A stretch of DNA of 21,926 nucleotides from Hormoscilla sp. Its GTDB lineage: Bacteria > Cyanobacteriota > Cyanobacteriia > Cyanobacteriales > Desertifilaceae. The stretch is from contig JBFRWI010000184.1 of NCBI GenBank assembly GCA_051439505.1, forward strand, positions 1-21,926, in the 5' to 3' direction. Position 1 is the first letter of the stretch. Every line of letters begins with the position of its first letter. Positions 1-8,312 of this stretch are shown one piece after another. Position numbers and translations under genes: made by a program. The notes beneath the pieces were generated by a model. It ran no database searches. It was not told the origin of the DNA and was given only the letters and a program-made list of their open reading frames with translations.

Positions 1-20
1 GGATACGCTGTCGCTATTCT

Positions 21-464
21 TTACAACTTAAATTCCGCTGGACTTAAGGTCAATTCTTTGCACATTTCTCTGATCATGCTCTTCTCATCATCATCAAAAT
101 AGCCGTCCGCAGCCCCGATCGCGCAACAAACCGTCACCAACAATTTCGCTGCTTCTTCATTATCCCTAATTTTGACCACAGCATTTAATGCTTGTCGCTT
201 GCCGATGTCAAAATTGAATTCAAAATCCGAGGCATACTTGTTAAACTTTTCCAACACGTCTCTCATCTCAAAGACACGGAGTTCGGGACTGCGTTCGATA
301 AAACCCGTCATCTTTTGCTTTTCAGAAGCATCGATATGGCCGTCCGCCGCCGCCACCAAGGCGCACCCAGCGACAACTGCCTCCAGAAAGTCTTTGTTCT
401 TAAAGCGGCCCACAGCCTCTTGCAGATTTTTTCTCTGGGCATTGAGCCAATCCATAAAACTCAT
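21..464 (-). CDS. terB: TerB-family tellurite/stress-response protein
   Basis: 147-aa ORF with the TerB-type duplicated motifs CALVAAADGHIDASEKQKM and CCAIGAADGYFDDDEKSMI; GGAGG RBS upstream; lies downstream of TerD-like genes. Confidence 0.85.
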   Translation of the reverse strand: MSFMDWLNAQRKNLQEAVGRFKNKDFLEAVVAGCALVAAADGHIDASEKQKMTGFIERSPELRVFEMRDVLEKFNKYASDFEFNFDIGKRQALNAVVKIRDNEEAAKLLVTVCCAIGAADGYFDDDEKSMIREMCKELTLSPAEFKL

Positions 465-479
465 AGTGTACCTCCTATG

Positions 480-1046
480 CTAAGCTAAAATCACGTGAGA
501 GCCAGGAATGTCCGTCTCGAAGCTATCTAGACTCATAATCTGGTTTTCGTTAATCAACTTAGCACCGATCGGGCTAGTATTGTCGATTTTTGCCACCACA
601 GCCACTGCTCCTTTTTCCGGCGAATTCAACGGCACTTCTACCGATTCGCCCTGGTTCCCCACCACCTTAACACTACCATCATAGGCGCTGAAAGAGGACT
701 CTTTTTTCTCGATCGCGTCGGTATAGTTAATAGCGCAGATATAGACAAATGCCATATCATCCAGGCGAGTAATGCGCAAAACTTCTTCATTCTCGCCACC
801 GACTGCACCCACGCCAGCATCGCCACTCAGTTGAATAAAAGGAAAGTTATTCAAGGAACCCATTTCTCCACCGGGATAGTTCTCAGACACCACTCCCCCA
901 GTTCGACCGTCCTTCGTTTTATAGAATGCCATCAAGTCCAAATCCACGTCCGCAGTCCAGCTCAGGGTGACCATTAACTGCTTGATCGGTATATATGCTT
1001 CCTCTCCCTTAGTTTGGAGAGTAACTTTAGGTTTTAGTTCCGCCAT
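480..1046 (-). CDS. TerD/TerA-like stress-response protein (paralog 3)
   Basis: 188 aa; LSW..DVDLDLMAFY and GSLNNFPFIQLSGDAGVG..GGENEE motifs of the TerD fold; GGAGG RBS; paralogous to 1073..1639 and 5995..6561. Confidence 0.8.
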   Translation of the reverse strand: MAELKPKVTLQTKGEEAYIPIKQLMVTLSWTADVDLDLMAFYKTKDGRTGGVVSENYPGGEMGSLNNFPFIQLSGDAGVGAVGGENEEVLRITRLDDMAFVYICAINYTDAIEKKESSFSAYDGSVKVVGNQGESVEVPLNSPEKGAVAVVAKIDNTSPIGAKLINENQIMSLDSFETDIPGSHVILA

Positions 1047-1072
1047 ATTTTTCCTCCACCAAAAAGTTCCTG

Positions 1073-1639
1073 TTAGCCCAAAATATGTTCCGCACCGGGA
1101 ATGCTACCAGCGAATTTGCCCAAACTGACGACCCGGTTTTCGTTAATTAACTTAGCACCGATCGGGCTAGTATTATCAATTTTCGCGATAATGGCAATGT
1201 GACCCTTTTCCGTTGCATCCAAAGGGATCGCTACCGATTCACCTCTGTCGTCTCGCACCACCACACCACCATCATAGTCGCTGAAGGAGCTATCTTTCCT
1301 GACGCTCGCATCAGTATAGTTGATGGTGCAGATGTACACTTCTGCCATCTCCTCCAATTTGGAGATCCCTAACTCTTCCTGATTATCCCCGCCTCTGGCC
1401 CCCACACCAGCATCCTGGCTGAGTTTAATATAGGGGAAACTACTGAGACTGCCCTGGTTGCCCCCTGGGTAATTTGCGGACAATACTGCACCGGTGCGAT
1501 CGTCCTTAGTTTTGTAGAATGCCATCAGGTCTAAATCTACATTTGCCGTCCAATGCAGGGTGACTATCAGTTTGTGGATGGGAATGTAGGCTTCATCGCC
1601 CTTTTTTCCCAGGGTTACTTTTGCTTTCAGTTCTGCCAT
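1073..1639 (-). CDS. TerD/TerA-like stress-response protein (paralog 2)
   Basis: 188 aa; LHWTANVDLDLMAFY and GSLSSFPYIKLSQDAGVG motifs; tandem paralog of 480..1046. Confidence 0.8.
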   Translation of the reverse strand: MAELKAKVTLGKKGDEAYIPIHKLIVTLHWTANVDLDLMAFYKTKDDRTGAVLSANYPGGNQGSLSSFPYIKLSQDAGVGARGGDNQEELGISKLEEMAEVYICTINYTDASVRKDSSFSDYDGGVVVRDDRGESVAIPLDATEKGHIAIIAKIDNTSPIGAKLINENRVVSLGKFAGSIPGAEHILG

Positions 1640-1642
1640 GTT

Positions 1643-1691
1643 TGCTAATTGCTAATCGCTAATCGCTAATTGCTAATCGCTAATTGCTAAT
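1643..1691. repeat. Heptameric short tandem repeat (YGCTAAT x7), STRR-like
   Basis: Seven consecutive TGCTAAT/CGCTAAT units just upstream of the start codon at 1639. Confidence 0.9.
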
Positions 1692-1742
1692 TGTAACTTA
1701 ACAATCAACCCGACGCAATTTTCCCTAACCGCATGTGGGGAA

Positions 1743-2471
1743 CTAAATCCCCACAGTCCTAGCTTTGCTGGCCCAAAGGCTCTGAATCCATAATAATATA
1801 TCTTGTGTCCCAGCATGAGATATAGCAGGGGAGCAGTAACCCCCTTCCTTAGATTTAACCATATCTTTAACTTTTTCATGAGCATCAACCAGAGTAGCTG
1901 GGTGGAGGGCATGTCCCAGCATGTCCAAGTCATTCAGGTCATTGCCCAGGGCCATCCAGGGTTCCAGGCCCAATTTCTCCAGTCCGGATAGTTTGTTAGC
2001 AAGGGTTGGATAGACATATATTTTATGTCGGTCTAAATAAATATGTCCATGCTTGCCAGTTTGGCTGAGGACGGACCGCAACATGGCTTCCGGGTCGTCC
2101 ACAGATTTGGGCGGAATCAGACCGAGACATTGTTCGTAACCGGTGATGCGCAGCCAATCTGGGAGTAAATTGGCTACTGTGTCCCACTGCGCTCCATCCG
2201 ATCCTGGATGGAGGTGCCTGCGGGCGATCAGACCATTTTCGGTGACAAAGCCGCAAAAGTTTACCTGGGGCAGTTGGTCCACCAGTCTTTTGACGCTTTG
2301 GGCATTGCGGGCGCTGGCGATCGCCACTGGCATCTGGTGACTGATTTCCTCTAGTAGCTGGGCTGCCATTGAACTCATATACTGGTAATGGGAACGACCC
2401 CAGACCGCGATCGCCTCTGGTTCGGGATGCAGTAGGGTTCCATCCAAGTCTACAGCTAAAACTTTTTCCAT
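1743..2471 (-). CDS. HAD-superfamily phosphatase (Cof/IIB-like), Ter-cluster associated
   Basis: 242 aa; motif I AVDLDGTLL, motif II ASAR, motif IV ALGNDLNDLDML. Confidence 0.85.
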   Translation of the reverse strand: MEKVLAVDLDGTLLHPEPEAIAVWGRSHYQYMSSMAAQLLEEISHQMPVAIASARNAQSVKRLVDQLPQVNFCGFVTENGLIARRHLHPGSDGAQWDTVANLLPDWLRITGYEQCLGLIPPKSVDDPEAMLRSVLSQTGKHGHIYLDRHKIYVYPTLANKLSGLEKLGLEPWMALGNDLNDLDMLGHALHPATLVDAHEKVKDMVKSKEGGYCSPAISHAGTQDILLWIQSLWASKARTVGI

Positions 2472-2497
2472 TGTCAGTTGTCAGGTAGGGTGGGCAT

Positions 2498-2713
2498 CAA
2501 TACTTCTCTTGTCATTGCGAGGGGGGTACGCAGCGATTAACGTATGGGAAATTGAGTCAACCCCCCCGAAGCAATCCCCACGCCGTATGAGGAATAACGC
2601 TTCGGTGTCGTCGGTGAGATTGCTTCGGGGGGGGATCCGAGGCGGGGATCAGAAGAATGCTCGTTTGGTAACCCCCCCCCTCGCAATGACAAGTTATTAA
2701 CCGAGAAGTATTG
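2498..2713. mobile_element. MITE with 11-bp terminal inverted repeats and 10-bp target-site duplication
   Basis: CAATACTTCTC (2498-2508) and GAGAAGTATTG (2703-2713) are perfect inverted repeats; the direct repeat GGGTGGGCAT flanks them at 2488-2497 and 2714-2723. Confidence 0.8.
2509..2692. repeat. Cruciform palindromic element, copy 1
   Basis: TTGTCATTGCGA-G6 / 34-nt loop / C7-GAAGCAATC / centre / GATTGCTTC-G8 / 37-nt loop / C9-TCGCAATGACAA; further copies at 8963-9120 and 9269-9339. Confidence 0.9.
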
Positions 2714-2757
2714 GGGTGGGCATTGCCGGCAATGCCCACCATGTCAGTTTTCAGCTT

Positions 2758-2780
2758 ACCACTAACCACTAACCACTAAC
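2758..2780. repeat. Heptameric tandem repeat (ACCACTA x3)
   Basis: accactaaccactaaccactaac just upstream of the methyltransferase start. Confidence 0.7.
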
Positions 2781-2787
2781 TATTAAA

Positions 2788-3543
2788 ATGAACAACAAAC
2801 TGAATATGGGACCAGCGGAATTTGCCCAAATCAAAGCCGACCTTTGGAACGCCTGTGATTACGATCGGGCTTTTATCACTCCACAAGGTCAACTGATCGA
2901 TCGATTAGAGAGACAGGCATTGAGAACTGCTTTATCAGGTCGCGTTTACGAATCCGCCTTAGATGTAGGAATTGGCAATGGGCGCTTGCTAGAAGAATAC
3001 AGTCCCCATGTCAAGCGGATAGTCGGATTAGATCTTTCCGCCAAGCAACTGTCCTTAGCTAGGCAAAAAGCCCAAAAACTTCATATTGACTTAACCGTCA
3101 AATTGTCAGAAGATGCTTCGCAAATTACTCTTCCAGATAGCAGTTTTGATTTGATCGTTTGTACCCGCGTCTTGCAACATTTGTATAATCGCCAGCAGGC
3201 GATCGGGGAATTTGCCCGCCTGTTAAAGCCAGAGGGGGAGTTATTGCTTTTAACCTACAACCGCTATTCTATCTTGGGAATGAAGAAACTTTATGAAAAC
3301 AATTTTATCAACCCGCTGAAGGGAAACTTTTCCAGTCCCCTTTCCCTGAACAAAGAACTGAAAGCACGTGGTTTTGAAATCAAATATTATGCGGGGGGAC
3401 TGTTGGGACAGCCAGAGTTATTTAGGGAAAACCTGTCTGCTGCGTCCCAAAGCATGATTATCTTTTTAGAGAGATTCTCTCAGGTGACTCCCTTTAAGTT
3501 ATTTGGAGGGAGACAGGTTGTCAGAGCATGTTTAAAAAGTTAG
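2788..3543 (+). CDS. Class I SAM-dependent methyltransferase
   Basis: 251 aa; motif I ALDVGIGNG, post-I GLDLS, LPDSSFDLIV, and RLLKPEGELLL. Confidence 0.9.
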   Translation: MNNKLNMGPAEFAQIKADLWNACDYDRAFITPQGQLIDRLERQALRTALSGRVYESALDVGIGNGRLLEEYSPHVKRIVGLDLSAKQLSLARQKAQKLHIDLTVKLSEDASQITLPDSSFDLIVCTRVLQHLYNRQQAIGEFARLLKPEGELLLLTYNRYSILGMKKLYENNFINPLKGNFSSPLSLNKELKARGFEIKYYAGGLLGQPELFRENLSAASQSMIIFLERFSQVTPFKLFGGRQVVRACLKS

Positions 3544-3663
3544 CGAGGCCAGAATTCAGAACCCGGTTTTTGGTCGAAACAGAGTTTCTGAGCAGCTGCT
3601 AATTGCTAATTGCTTATACGAAGTGCGCGACGCAGGAGCGCTATTGCTAATTGCGGGTGCATC

Positions 3664-3784
3664 GGGTGCATCTCACTTTCGCACGGGCGAAGCAAAAGGA
3701 GCAGTAAATTTGTCGATCTCTGACTGATATTGTCGCCCAAATGCTACGCCCCTACAGATAGATTTGCAAATATGCAGTGTACCC
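3664..3784. mobile_element. MITE-like element with GGGTGCATCTCA terminus (degenerate right end), copy A
   Basis: Starts GGGTGCATCTCAC, ends TGCAAATATGCAGTGTACCC, internal REP-like AATGCTACGCCCCTAC; aligns with the reverse complement of 14558-14703. Confidence 0.7.
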
Positions 3785-3785
3785 A

Positions 3786-4748
3786 TTATAGCATGTTCTT
3801 TAGGGAGCAGGCAACTCGGGTTTGATAATCTGCTAATTGCTTGGCATCATAGACAATGTTTACACGCCGTCGCTCTGCTAAAGCCAATAGCAGGCTATAA
3901 TGTTCTCGAACGTAGACGCGATCGTCTGCAAAATAGATAGTATCTGGATTAGCATTGATTAAGGCACGGCAAACTTCATTGCCGTGTATTCTCAAGTCAG
4001 TCTCTAACCAAAATCGTTGCTTATCTGCTAGCGGTGTTGATGGCAATTGAGGGCAATAATTCTGCCAGGTTGTAACTAAGTTGGGGCGAGAATAGGCTTC
4101 GGGAAACAGGTAGGCGGCAAATAAACTGCGATCGTCCACATAGAAAGTTCTGGAAAAGCCGAGAGTAGCGACGCCAGTGAAGCAAGCTGTAGGACAGAAG
4201 AGATCGTCAACTGCACCAGAAAAATCGGCCCACCCCCAAGGGTCAATTAAAACAGCTAGGGGTCCGATTCCCAGTTTTGATACCTCTCTCGCAACGCGAC
4301 CTTTTCCAGTCCAACCGTCAACAAAAATAATTTGGCGATCGCCATATAGCGATCGCACCTTCTGCAAGGCTACTCGATCGATTCCCATACCCGGAAATAG
4401 AGATAAGATAACTCCTACCGATCCGGGGATTAAGCGACAAAGCCAATCTGCGATCGGGACTCCGGCTCTTAAAATAGCTACAAAGAGTAACTTGCTAGGG
4501 TCAGGTGATGTAGTGATAATAGCAGCAGCGAGGCGAGTAGCGGCCAGTTTAATTTTATCATCTTCTAGGCTGGAGAGTAGCAATTGCCAAAAGTCGTCAT
4601 CCAGATTTGGTTCTGGGGAAGGTATTGACCAAAAGCTATTATTGCCATCATAAGTCTGGGACAAGTCCCGGAAATATTTACTGTCTCTAAAGGGGTCAAT
4701 TTCCTCCATAAACTGGGCGTATACGGTTTGATTCCAAAGATTTTTCAT
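3786..4748 (-). CDS. StiP-like PRTase-fold protein with probable C-terminal PELOTA-type RNA-binding domain (Ter biosynthetic module)
   Basis: 320 aa; LFVAILRAGVPIA, IIFVDGWTGKG and DDLFCPTACF motifs match the Ter-associated StiP/PRTase family; context in the ter cluster. Confidence 0.75.
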   Translation of the reverse strand: MKNLWNQTVYAQFMEEIDPFRDSKYFRDLSQTYDGNNSFWSIPSPEPNLDDDFWQLLLSSLEDDKIKLAATRLAAAIITTSPDPSKLLFVAILRAGVPIADWLCRLIPGSVGVILSLFPGMGIDRVALQKVRSLYGDRQIIFVDGWTGKGRVAREVSKLGIGPLAVLIDPWGWADFSGAVDDLFCPTACFTGVATLGFSRTFYVDDRSLFAAYLFPEAYSRPNLVTTWQNYCPQLPSTPLADKQRFWLETDLRIHGNEVCRALINANPDTIYFADDRVYVREHYSLLLALAERRRVNIVYDAKQLADYQTRVACSLKNML

Positions 4749-4749
4749 A

Positions 4750-4819
4750 CAGGTTCGTAGTAAGGACTTTAGTCCTTCAGGTTCGTAGTAAGGACTTTAG
4801 TCCTTCAGGTTCGTAGTAA
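4750..4819. repeat. 28-bp tandem REP-like repeat (CAGGTTCGTAGTAAGGACTTTAGTCCTT x2.5)
   Basis: Units 4750-4777, 4778-4805 and partial 4806-4819; internal hairpin AAGGACT-TT-AGTCCTT. Confidence 0.9.
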
Positions 4820-4871
4820 ATATTTTATATCATTTTGGGGAAAAATGCTACGATTACTTTACAACTTCCGT

Positions 4872-4892
4872 GGTGGGCGGTGCCCACCCTAC
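4872..4892 (-). repeat. GTAG-type REP hairpin (GTAGGGTGGGCACCGCCCACC), possible terminator/stabiliser
   Basis: Hairpin GGTGGGC-GGT-GCCCACC abutting the stop codon of 4892..5965. Confidence 0.7.
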
Positions 4893-5965
4893 TATAGGAT
4901 AAGATCGTTTACTGTAAAGCCAGCTTGGGATAACTTTTTTTTCGCGGCCAATGCGATGGGTTCATCATCGGGATCGTACAGTAGGTAGATGGGAGACTTC
5001 AACTGCTTGTAGTTATAAAGATAATATTTATCGCAAATATCTAAGCGATGATGAATATTAATGCCATCAACGCGCCAGGGACTCAGAGTGATATGCTGGA
5101 AGGATAATTTCCGATTCACCCGCACCATTCTTAAGGCTAAATCAATGGCTTCCCCGATCGCCAAAAGCGAACCTTCGAGATTGTTTGGTAAATTCGGGAG
5201 TAGATGCAATTGTGCATTGAGGGCTGCCCGTTGTTCTGGCAAGTGCCATTGACTCTCAGTTAGTTCTTTGACAATCAGATCTTCACTAATGATAATATCT
5301 TCATGCAATAAGTCTTGGGCCCGATATTGGAGATCGGGAGGTAACCGAATTAAAGTCTGGCTAGAGAACAGAATGTCGCGATCGGCAAGAATGGACTCAA
5401 ACTGGGCAATTTGGGCAGAACTGCGGCGATCGGCGATCGCGAATAATCGCATCTGGCGAACATGTAGGAGTGCCGACAGATGCAGGGCTAAATTTAAAAT
5501 AGTGCGACCTGTAGTAATTTCATCTTCTACGAACCACAATTGAGAGGGTGAAAATTGGGGCAGAGGTAGGGTATGATGGGGACCGTGAGAATGGCTTTCG
5601 ATAAAGCGAATCCCAGAAGCCCGTCTGCGGGTCGAACAGATCCAGCCTGCGGAGATATCCCGTTCTCTGACCACTTGATGCATCAAAGCCGAGGGGATAA
5701 TTCCCGATTCAGTTAAGCCAATAATTAAAGGATATCCTGATATTGGCGTTTGGGAGTCCGATGACCGCAGCAGAGCGATAAAGTGTTTTTTACAGGAGAG
5801 CAAATCTCGATCGGAAGTCAATCCTAACTTGCCCAGGAAAGAAAAGCTGAGGGCTGTTTGGCGATGGGGATTATTTTCTCGTTGCAGATGATAGGTAGTG
5901 ATTGCTGCTGTCATTGGCACCTTAACAAAATCGCTCAGTTGCCCTCCCCATCTTTGTGAGAGCAT
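4892..5965 (-). CDS. Phosphoribosyltransferase-domain protein, PRTase-TRSP-like (Ter biosynthetic module)
   Basis: 357 aa; LIIGLTESG, FIESHSHGPHH, and PRPP-binding loop WFVEDEITTGRT. Confidence 0.8.
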   Translation of the reverse strand: MLSQRWGGQLSDFVKVPMTAAITTYHLQRENNPHRQTALSFSFLGKLGLTSDRDLLSCKKHFIALLRSSDSQTPISGYPLIIGLTESGIIPSALMHQVVRERDISAGWICSTRRRASGIRFIESHSHGPHHTLPLPQFSPSQLWFVEDEITTGRTILNLALHLSALLHVRQMRLFAIADRRSSAQIAQFESILADRDILFSSQTLIRLPPDLQYRAQDLLHEDIIISEDLIVKELTESQWHLPEQRAALNAQLHLLPNLPNNLEGSLLAIGEAIDLALRMVRVNRKLSFQHITLSPWRVDGINIHHRLDICDKYYLYNYKQLKSPIYLLYDPDDEPIALAAKKKLSQAGFTVNDLIL

Positions 5966-5994
5966 GGGAAAGGCAACAAAAACGGGGACTAGCT

Positions 5995-6561
5995 TTAACC
6001 CGCCAGTTTGTTAGCGCCGGGAATATTGCCGAAGAAAGTCTCCAATGAGACAATCCGGTTTTCGTTGATCAACTTGGCACCCATGGGACTGCTATTGTCA
6101 ATCTTGGCAATAACTGCCACGTGACCCGGTTCCTTAGAGTCCAAAGGCACGGCCACGGACTCGCCCTTATCATCGATGACGACAATGCCGCCGTCATAAT
6201 TGCTGAAGGAGGCGTCTTTCTTCTCACTAGCGTCCGTGTAGTTTAAGGTGCAAATGTAGAGTTCCGCCAAGTCGTCCAGCTTGGTGATTCTCAAAACCTC
6301 CTCGTTGTCGCCGCCCTTAGCTCCAACTCCGGCATCACCGCTCAGCTGAATGAAGGGAAACTCGTTGAGACTGCCCATGGAACCGCCCGGGTAGTTGTCG
6401 GAGAAGACACCGCCAGTGCGACCGTCCTTGGCCTGATAGAAAGCCATCAAATCCAGATCGACATCTTGGGTCCATTTCAGGGTCACCATCAGTTGCTTGA
6501 CGGAAACATATGCTTCGTCGCCCTTTTTCTGAAGAGTGACCTTAGCCTTGAGGTCTGCCAT
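5995..6561 (-). CDS. TerD/TerA-like stress-response protein (paralog 1)
   Basis: Start moved from 6591 to the ATG at 6561 (MADLKAKVTL, GGAG RBS), giving 188 aa like its two paralogs; DVDLDLMAFY and GSLNEFPFIQLSGDAGVG motifs. Confidence 0.8.
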   Translation of the reverse strand: MADLKAKVTLQKKGDEAYVSVKQLMVTLKWTQDVDLDLMAFYQAKDGRTGGVFSDNYPGGSMGSLNEFPFIQLSGDAGVGAKGGDNEEVLRITKLDDLAELYICTLNYTDASEKKDASFSNYDGGIVVIDDKGESVAVPLDSKEPGHVAVIAKIDNSSPMGAKLINENRIVSLETFFGNIPGANKLAG

Positions 6562-6715
6562 ATTGACTCCTTTGTGAAAAGCTATCCCCAAGAGTGTACT
6601 ATATTTGCAGGTCCGATTTCATCGACCCCAGAAGCAGATCCCTCGGATAGTAGAGGGATGGCGGTGCTGGGAGCAGATAAACTAGAGCGGAAACGGTTGT
6701 AGCCAGGGGTGAGTA

Positions 6716-7798
6716 ATGAATTCTGACATGCCAGACGATCGATCACAACAGGAGACCAGACCAGACGATTACTGGAATTGGTACGACCAGGGGCGAAATT
6801 TAGATGTGGAGGCTAACTACTCCGAGGCGGTGGCCCATTACGACAAGGCATTAGAGTCTCGACCGTTAGACTACTGGGCCTGGTATAACCGAGGCAGTGC
6901 CCTGTTGAGCTTAGGACGGTACTCGGAGGCGGTCGAGTCTTACAAACAAGCTTTGGAGTTAAGACCGGATGATTACTGGGCCTGGTACCGCCTGGGAAGG
7001 GCGTGGCATTACTTGGAAAATTATCGGCAAGCAGCAGTCAGCTACGAAAAAGCTATAGCATGTAAATCTGAGGATTATTGGGCCTGGTATCGGTTGGGCG
7101 ATGCCCAGCGCCAGTTGGGAGAACTTTCCGAGGCCCTGAACAGTTACTTACGGGCCACGCAGATCAAACCCAAGCGTTGGGAAGCCTACTACGGTCGCGG
7201 ACGGGCCCTGGATGCTGCCGAACGGTTTGATGAGGCGATCGCCCACTACGAGGAGGCTTTAGCAATTCAACCCCATGAGGCTGTGGTCTGGTACGATCGG
7301 GGACGGGCGCTGCATGATTTAGAACGCTATGACGGGGCCCTGTCCGACTACGATCGCGCGATCTCCTTGGCACCGGACAATTACTGGGCCTGGTATCAGC
7401 GGGGCGTGGTGTTGAGTGAGTTGGGACGTTACGAAGAGGCGATCGTTAGTTTTGACCGGGCGATCGACCGACAACCAGATTTGCAGCAGTGGCATTTTCC
7501 GAGTTTGGGTAGCTGGGTATGGTCCGATCGGGGTTACGCCCTGGACCGACTGGGACGTCTAGATGAGGCGATCGCGAGTTACTCCAAAGCTTTGGAAATA
7601 GAACCCCATGACCCAGAGATTATCTATGACTTAGCTAGCTGCTATGCCCTTAAAGGTAAGGTGCAGCAGTCTCTAGCCTACTTGCAGCAGGTAATTGATC
7701 GAGAAGAATATCGCGCCAAAGCGAAAACCGACAGTAAGTTTGACAAGCTGCGGTCAGAGAAGATGTTTAAGAGTTTACTGTCTGTTGAACCTGAATAA
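6716..7798 (+). CDS. Tetratricopeptide repeat protein with C-terminal capping domain
   Basis: 360 aa; about 9 34-aa TPRs (DYWAWYxxG..L..Y.EA...Y..A); C-terminal YDLASCYALKG...AKTDSKFDKLR cap. Confidence 0.9.
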   Translation: MNSDMPDDRSQQETRPDDYWNWYDQGRNLDVEANYSEAVAHYDKALESRPLDYWAWYNRGSALLSLGRYSEAVESYKQALELRPDDYWAWYRLGRAWHYLENYRQAAVSYEKAIACKSEDYWAWYRLGDAQRQLGELSEALNSYLRATQIKPKRWEAYYGRGRALDAAERFDEAIAHYEEALAIQPHEAVVWYDRGRALHDLERYDGALSDYDRAISLAPDNYWAWYQRGVVLSELGRYEEAIVSFDRAIDRQPDLQQWHFPSLGSWVWSDRGYALDRLGRLDEAIASYSKALEIEPHDPEIIYDLASCYALKGKVQQSLAYLQQVIDREEYRAKAKTDSKFDKLRSEKMFKSLLSVEPE

Positions 7799-7861
7799 AT
7801 TCTAATTAGCAATTCATAGCCTTATCCTTTTGAAGCAGATATAAGTTACAAGGAAGGATGA

Positions 7862-8047
7862 CGTTGTTACTCGGAGTCTCTTGATAGCTTCGATCGGGCG
7901 CTGGAGTTTAATCCCGATGACGAGAGAATCTGGTTAAATAGAGGTATTGTCCTGCGGGACTCGGGAAAGGTGGAAAAGGCGTTGATTAGCTTTGAAAGAG
8001 CAATAAAAATCAAGCCGGAGGGCTACAAATATTGGGTAAAAAATTAG
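7862..8047 (+). pseudogene. TPR gene fragment lacking an in-frame start
   Basis: Own translation: RCYSESLDSFDRALEFNPDDERIWLNRGIVLRDSGKVEKALISFERAIKIKPEGYKYWVKN*; in-frame TGA at 7859; the nearby ATG at 7858 is out of frame. Confidence 0.7.
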
Positions 8048-8077
8048 CAGTGGATAGTAGATCGGAGGCAATTGAAC

Positions 8078-8144
8078 AAGAAGCCGGGTTTCTGTTGTAA
8101 TTGAGGCAAGCAAGATGATAATTAACAAAAGAAACCCGGTTTCT
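8078..8144. repeat. AGAAACCCGGTTTCT-type paired palindromic repeat
   Basis: AAGAAGCCGGGTTTCT...AAGAAACCCGGTTTCT; a degenerate relative (CAGAACCCGGTTTT...GAAACAGAGTTTCTG) is at about 3557-3590. Confidence 0.65.
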
Positions 8145-8177
8145 GGCCTTCACGCGCTCAGTACCTCTGCCCGGGCC

Positions 8178-8269
8178 GCGATACCCTAAAGGGTATCGCT
8201 ACATGGACAAAGCCCGCCGGCGCGGGCTGAGTGAGTGTCTCTCGTTCCCTGACTCTGGCAGGGAACGGG
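8178..8269. repeat. Cluster of small hairpins/REP-like palindromes between convergent genes
   Basis: GCGATACCC-TAAA-GGGTATCGC (8178-8199), AGCCCGC-CGGC-GCGGGCT (8211-8228), CTCGTTCCCTG...CAGGGAACGGG (8241-8269). Confidence 0.7.
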
Positions 8270-8312
8270 CGAATGAGGCTCCGCGGAGGGTGTAAAATGT
8301 ACAGTACGGATA

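Larger units (their letters stand above)
2485..2740 (+). repeat. GTAG-type REP palindrome (GTAGGGTGGGCATTGCCGGCAATGCCCACC) split by an insertion
   Basis: GTAGGGTGGGCAT at 2485-2497 and GGGTGGGCATTGCCGGCAATGCCCACC at 2714-2740; an intact relative is at 4872-4892. Confidence 0.7.

Noticed and set aside
2509..2769. ORFs 2509..2700 (+) and 2557..2769 (-)
   Set aside because: They consist of repeat/MITE sequence; no protein signal
4177..4653. Long antisense ORFs (e.g. 4177..4653, 16284..16694, 21127..21609)
   Set aside because: They are shadows of well-supported genes on the opposite strand and have no motifs
6562..6591. 10-aa N-terminal extension of the TerD-like gene
   Set aside because: Paralogs start at MA(D/E)LK and an RBS precedes 6561
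7934..8128. 64-aa hydrophobic minus-strand ORF
   Set aside because: It is antisense to a clear TPR fragment and starts inside a palindromic repeat
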